Below are positions 22,606 through 25,599 of a stretch of DNA of 25,599 nt, piece after piece. The first letter of the stretch is position 1; each line of letters starts with the position of its first letter. The translations under genes were made by a program, and so were the position numbers. The notes below the pieces were generated by a model that saw nothing but the letters and a program-made list of their open reading frames with translations, was not told the DNA's origin and made no database searches. The DNA comes from a virus. Lineage: Duplodnaviria > Caudoviricetes. The stretch spans positions 1 to 25,599 of the IMG/VR virus record IMGVR_UViG_3300005405_000081. The stretch is one strand, 5' to 3'.

Positions 22606-25599
22606 ATGGCCGGAAGATTATCATTTTCTATTGCTCTTAACTTATTGACTGAAAACTTTAAGAAAGGAGCTAGCTCCGTGCAGAATGGGCTAAAATCGAT
22701 GCAATTGCAGGTTTTAACTTTTGCTGCTGCTCTTGGTTTTTCAAGCATAGGACTAACAAATTTTATTTCAAAGCTTATTGAAGTGGCCAGGGAGACAGCC
22801 CGAGTAACTACAGCACTTAAAAATGTCTCAGGCAGTCTAGCTCAGTATGTATCAAATCAAAGGTTTGTGCTAGATATGTCTAAAAAATACGGTGTTGAAG
22901 TTTTGGCTTTAACCGGTAACTATGCTAAGTTCACTGCTGCAGCAACAAATGCTGGGGTGGCCATGTCTGACCAGAAAAAAATATTTGAAAGCGTATCGCG
23001 GGCTTCTGTTGCGTTTGGCCTTACTGCGGATGATACTAACCTAACATTTTTAGCTATCACTCAGATGATGAGTAAGGGAAAAATATCATCTGAAGAATTA
23101 CGTAGGCAATTAGGTGAAAGGCTCCCAATTGCCATGGCTGCTATGGCTAAAGCAGCCGGTGTTCCTATTAATAAATTAGATAAGTTATTGCAGCAAGGGA
23201 AATTGATGTCTAATGACATACTACCTAAATTTGCAGATGCATTAAACGAAATGATTCCAAACGTAAATACAGATAACGTTGAAACGAGCATTAACAGGCT
23301 CAAAAATGTATTTACCGAATTTGTGAAAGGAACAACCATCCAGCAAAATTATAAGAGCCTGATTGATGCAATCACAAAGATTGTAGAATACGGAGCAAAC
23401 AATGTTAAGTTGATTGTTGGCAATTTAGTTGCTGTATTAACTGCTGTAATATTAGGTAAGTTTTTCAAATGGATTGTAGCTGAGATTGCGGCCGCTCAAA
23501 GAGCTGCTATGATTGCAGCATCAAAAGCGTCAAAGGCGGCAGGTGTTGCATTCGATGCAGCTGCATGGAGGGCTCAGAGTGCTGGAGTAACAATGCAAAC
23601 AGTATTCACAAAGGCAACCACAGCAATTCGTACTGCATTTATGAGTATGCTTCCAACGGCAATAATAATGGGTATTGGCTTACTTGTTTCAAAAATTATA
23701 TCTGCCAGGGATGAAGCAAAACGACTCAGATCTATATTTTCTGAGTATCAAAAGGAGGCATCTGCAATTGGAAAGCCGGAAGATGCAGACCGGTTGCAGC
23801 GATTGTTTAAAATTGTTTCAGATACAAACAATTCATTCAACATTCGAAAAAACGCTTTATCCGAAATAAACAAGCTCCTTGGAACATCCTACTCAATGAA
23901 CCATGATATTCTTGGTGTAAATAGTGAGCTTAATAAAAAGATCTCAGAGAGAGTTAAACTACTTAAAGATGCGGCAGCCGTTGAGTTCTACCAACAGCAA
24001 AAATTAGATGCAGAAAGCAAAGCAAATGCTATTATATCAAAATATGGAGACGTAAACTCTCTGAATAGAGCCGCAAAAGCATCTGCCAATGCAAAAAAAA
24101 CGATTCCTGGTGCAATTGGTTCATTGTTTAATTTTGGTGGTGTTAATAATGCATTTAATGATGCTATACAAGTAGATCAATACAATAAGATCTGGCAGAA
24201 TGCAAATAAACAACTTGAATTGTTTGAAAAAAATCTGCTTACAGCTTCAGCATCTACATCTGGAGAGGAAGATGATGGATCAAAAAAGAAAACCGAACTG
24301 CAAAAAGCAGAAGAGGAATATACCGATACACTTAAAGAGCTTAACAATCAAAAGAAAAATGAGGCAATCACAGGAAAAGAATATCAGGAGGCACTTGATA
24401 AGCTGAACGAATCCTCATTTAAAAAGCTGTCAGGATTGCTGTCTCCTGAGCAAGCTGCTAAAAACAAGATATTCCAACAGGCAAAATCTGGATATAACTC
24501 TTCTGTTTCCGGAAAGATTGAAAAATCGTACTGGGACGGACTTAATGAGCTGTCAAATCAGTACGCTGTAAATGTAATAACCGAAAAGGAGTACAAAGAG
24601 GCTAAATTGTCACTTATCGAAAAGACTCTAAAAGAAATCGGTTCTCTTGATGCCCTTACTGAGGCAAATTACTCTTTTATAAAAGATTTAAAAAGTGCAG
24701 GTGATGAGCTAAAGAAAGTGACTGCTCCTGCACTGGAAAAGCGCGATACCACTTTTGATTACAAGAAAACAAAAGCTGATATAGCTGCAGAAGATCTTGA
24801 GGTGGCAAAGAACAATCTTGAGAAATTGAAAGATGCCTACAAGGATGTTGCTAAGGAGATGGAAAAAGAGCTGAATGATGCTACCGGGAATGTAAAGTCA
24901 CTTGAAGATGCATTGAAGATAGCTAAGGTAAGGCAAGATATTAAAGATTTGGGTAAAGAAATTGACCAGACTTTTTATGGAGGTGTAAAAGATATAGCTT
25001 CAAGCGCCGACAGAGTTGTAAGCGCTTTCAGTTCTCTTAGAAATGTGTTTTCGGACGTTGATGCATCCGGATGGGAGCGGATCATGGCTGTTTGGAATGC
25101 GCTAACAAGTACAATAGACTCTTTTATGTCTATACTAGAACTTGTAAAAAATATGACAGATCTGGTTAATAAGTTGGCTGCTGCTAAACAGGCTGAAGCT
25201 GTTATTGATTCTGCTGTTACCGGATTAAAGGTTACAAATGCGGCCACAGAAGTCGCTGCAACATCTGCTGTGGCTGTAGCTCAGGTTGCAGAAAGTAGGA
25301 CTGTTACCGGTGCTTATTCGGCAGAAATGGCTGCTAAAACGGCTGCTGCTTATGCCGCTATCCCATTCATTGGGCCAGCTATAGCATCAGCTCAAATTGC
25401 CACAATGCAGGCTTTAATTGCCGCTGCTGCAATCCCTAAGTTTGCCGGGGGCGGTATTATTCAGGGAGGCCCATCCTCTGGTGATAAGATATTAGCGCGC
25501 GTACATGCCGGCGAACTGATTTTGAATAAAACCCAGCAAGCCACATTGTTCAGCATGCTTGACGGCGGTATTAACGTAAACAACTCAGGTGGAGAGGTT
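22606..25599 (+). CDS. Tape measure protein (3'-truncated, >=998 codons; not in ORF track)
   Basis: MAGRLSFSIALNL...; QMMSKGKISSEELRRQLGERLP tape-measure motif; the in-frame end reads PKFAGGGI..GDKILARVHAGELILN. Confidence 0.93.
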   Translation, partial: MAGRLSFSIALNLLTENFKKGASSVQNGLKSMQLQVLTFAAALGFSSIGLTNFISKLIEVARETARVTTALKNVSGSLAQYVSNQRFVLDMSKKYGVEVLALTGNYAKFTAAATNAGVAMSDQKKIFESVSRASVAFGLTADDTNLTFLAITQMMSKGKISSEELRRQLGERLPIAMAAMAKAAGVPINKLDKLLQQGKLMSNDILPKFADALNEMIPNVNTDNVETSINRLKNVFTEFVKGTTIQQNYKSLIDAITKIVEYGANNVKLIVGNLVAVLTAVILGKFFKWIVAEIAAAQRAAMIAASKASKAAGVAFDAAAWRAQSAGVTMQTVFTKATTAIRTAFMSMLPTAIIMGIGLLVSKIISARDEAKRLRSIFSEYQKEASAIGKPEDADRLQRLFKIVSDTNNSFNIRKNALSEINKLLGTSYSMNHDILGVNSELNKKISERVKLLKDAAAVEFYQQQKLDAESKANAIISKYGDVNSLNRAAKASANAKKTIPGAIGSLFNFGGVNNAFNDAIQVDQYNKIWQNANKQLELFEKNLLTASASTSGEEDDGSKKKTELQKAEEEYTDTLKELNNQKKNEAITGKEYQEALDKLNESSFKKLSGLLSPEQAAKNKIFQQAKSGYNSSVSGKIEKSYWDGLNELSNQYAVNVITEKEYKEAKLSLIEKTLKEIGSLDALTEANYSFIKDLKSAGDELKKVTAPALEKRDTTFDYKKTKADIAAEDLEVAKNNLEKLKDAYKDVAKEMEKELNDATGNVKSLEDALKIAKVRQDIKDLGKEIDQTFYGGVKDIASSADRVVSAFSSLRNVFSDVDASGWERIMAVWNALTSTIDSFMSILELVKNMTDLVNKLAAAKQAEAVIDSAVTGLKVTNAATEVAATSAVAVAQVAESRTVTGAYSAEMAAKTAAAYAAIPFIGPAIASAQIATMQALIAAAAIPKFAGGGIIQGGPSSGDKILARVHAGELILNKTQQATLFSMLDGGINVNNSGGEV

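Larger units (their letters stand above)
1..25599. mobile_element. Temperate siphovirus-like prophage (left part; right end outside window)
   Basis: Canonical module order: integration, immunity, replication, packaging, head, tail; adjacent to a tRNA 3' end. Confidence 0.97.

Noticed and set aside
1491-25247. Many short antisense or out-of-frame ORFs in the track (e.g. 1491-1802, 11282-11971, 13731-14063, 22272-22748, 23675-23869)
   Set aside because: They overlap well-supported genes, lack motifs, and have shadow-ORF composition.
22606-25599. Apparent 3-kb gene desert in the ORF track; possible DGR or lysis genes
   Set aside because: It is the tape measure gene lacking a stop inside the window; no reverse transcriptase, template repeat or lysin is visible.

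Overview
The window is the left ~25.6 kb of a temperate, long-tailed (siphovirus-like, HK97-type head) prophage. The host is most likely a Bacteroidota bacterium, judged from TAnnTTTG promoters, a Bacteroides-type integrase, a DUF4373-like initiator and PcfK/PcfJ genes. The prophage is inserted at the 3' end of a tRNA-Pro-like sequence. Gene order: att/tRNA end, integrase, an AT-rich leftward cargo block (two small peptides, a 2-TM protein, a small protein, an exported protein), a LexA/S24-type repressor, a switch region, early genes (Cro-position protein, excisionase-like HTH, SprT-like protease, initiator with ori iterons, DnaB), HNH, HTH, PcfK(AcrIIA9-family)/PcfJ, a PAPS-reductase-family enzyme, a Zn-finger plus a second intact tyrosine recombinase, a cos-like region, TerS/TerL, portal, protease, capsid, head-tail genes, tail tube, tail chaperone and a tape measure gene that runs off the window. 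The most notable unexplained structures are: (1) a dispersed CGTTTAAACG palindrome family that sits at gene boundaries and exactly brackets the terminase cassette; (2) a Zn-finger/tyrosine-recombinase module in the position where a late regulator or HNH normally lies, next to cos; (3) a 2-TM gene followed by a basic and an acidic peptide that share a DLPVP motif differing only at synonymous positions; (4) a face-to-face promoter switch; (5) clamp-binding-like C-terminal motifs on the PcfK and PAPS-reductase-family proteins. All family calls come from motif recognition by eye; no searches were run.
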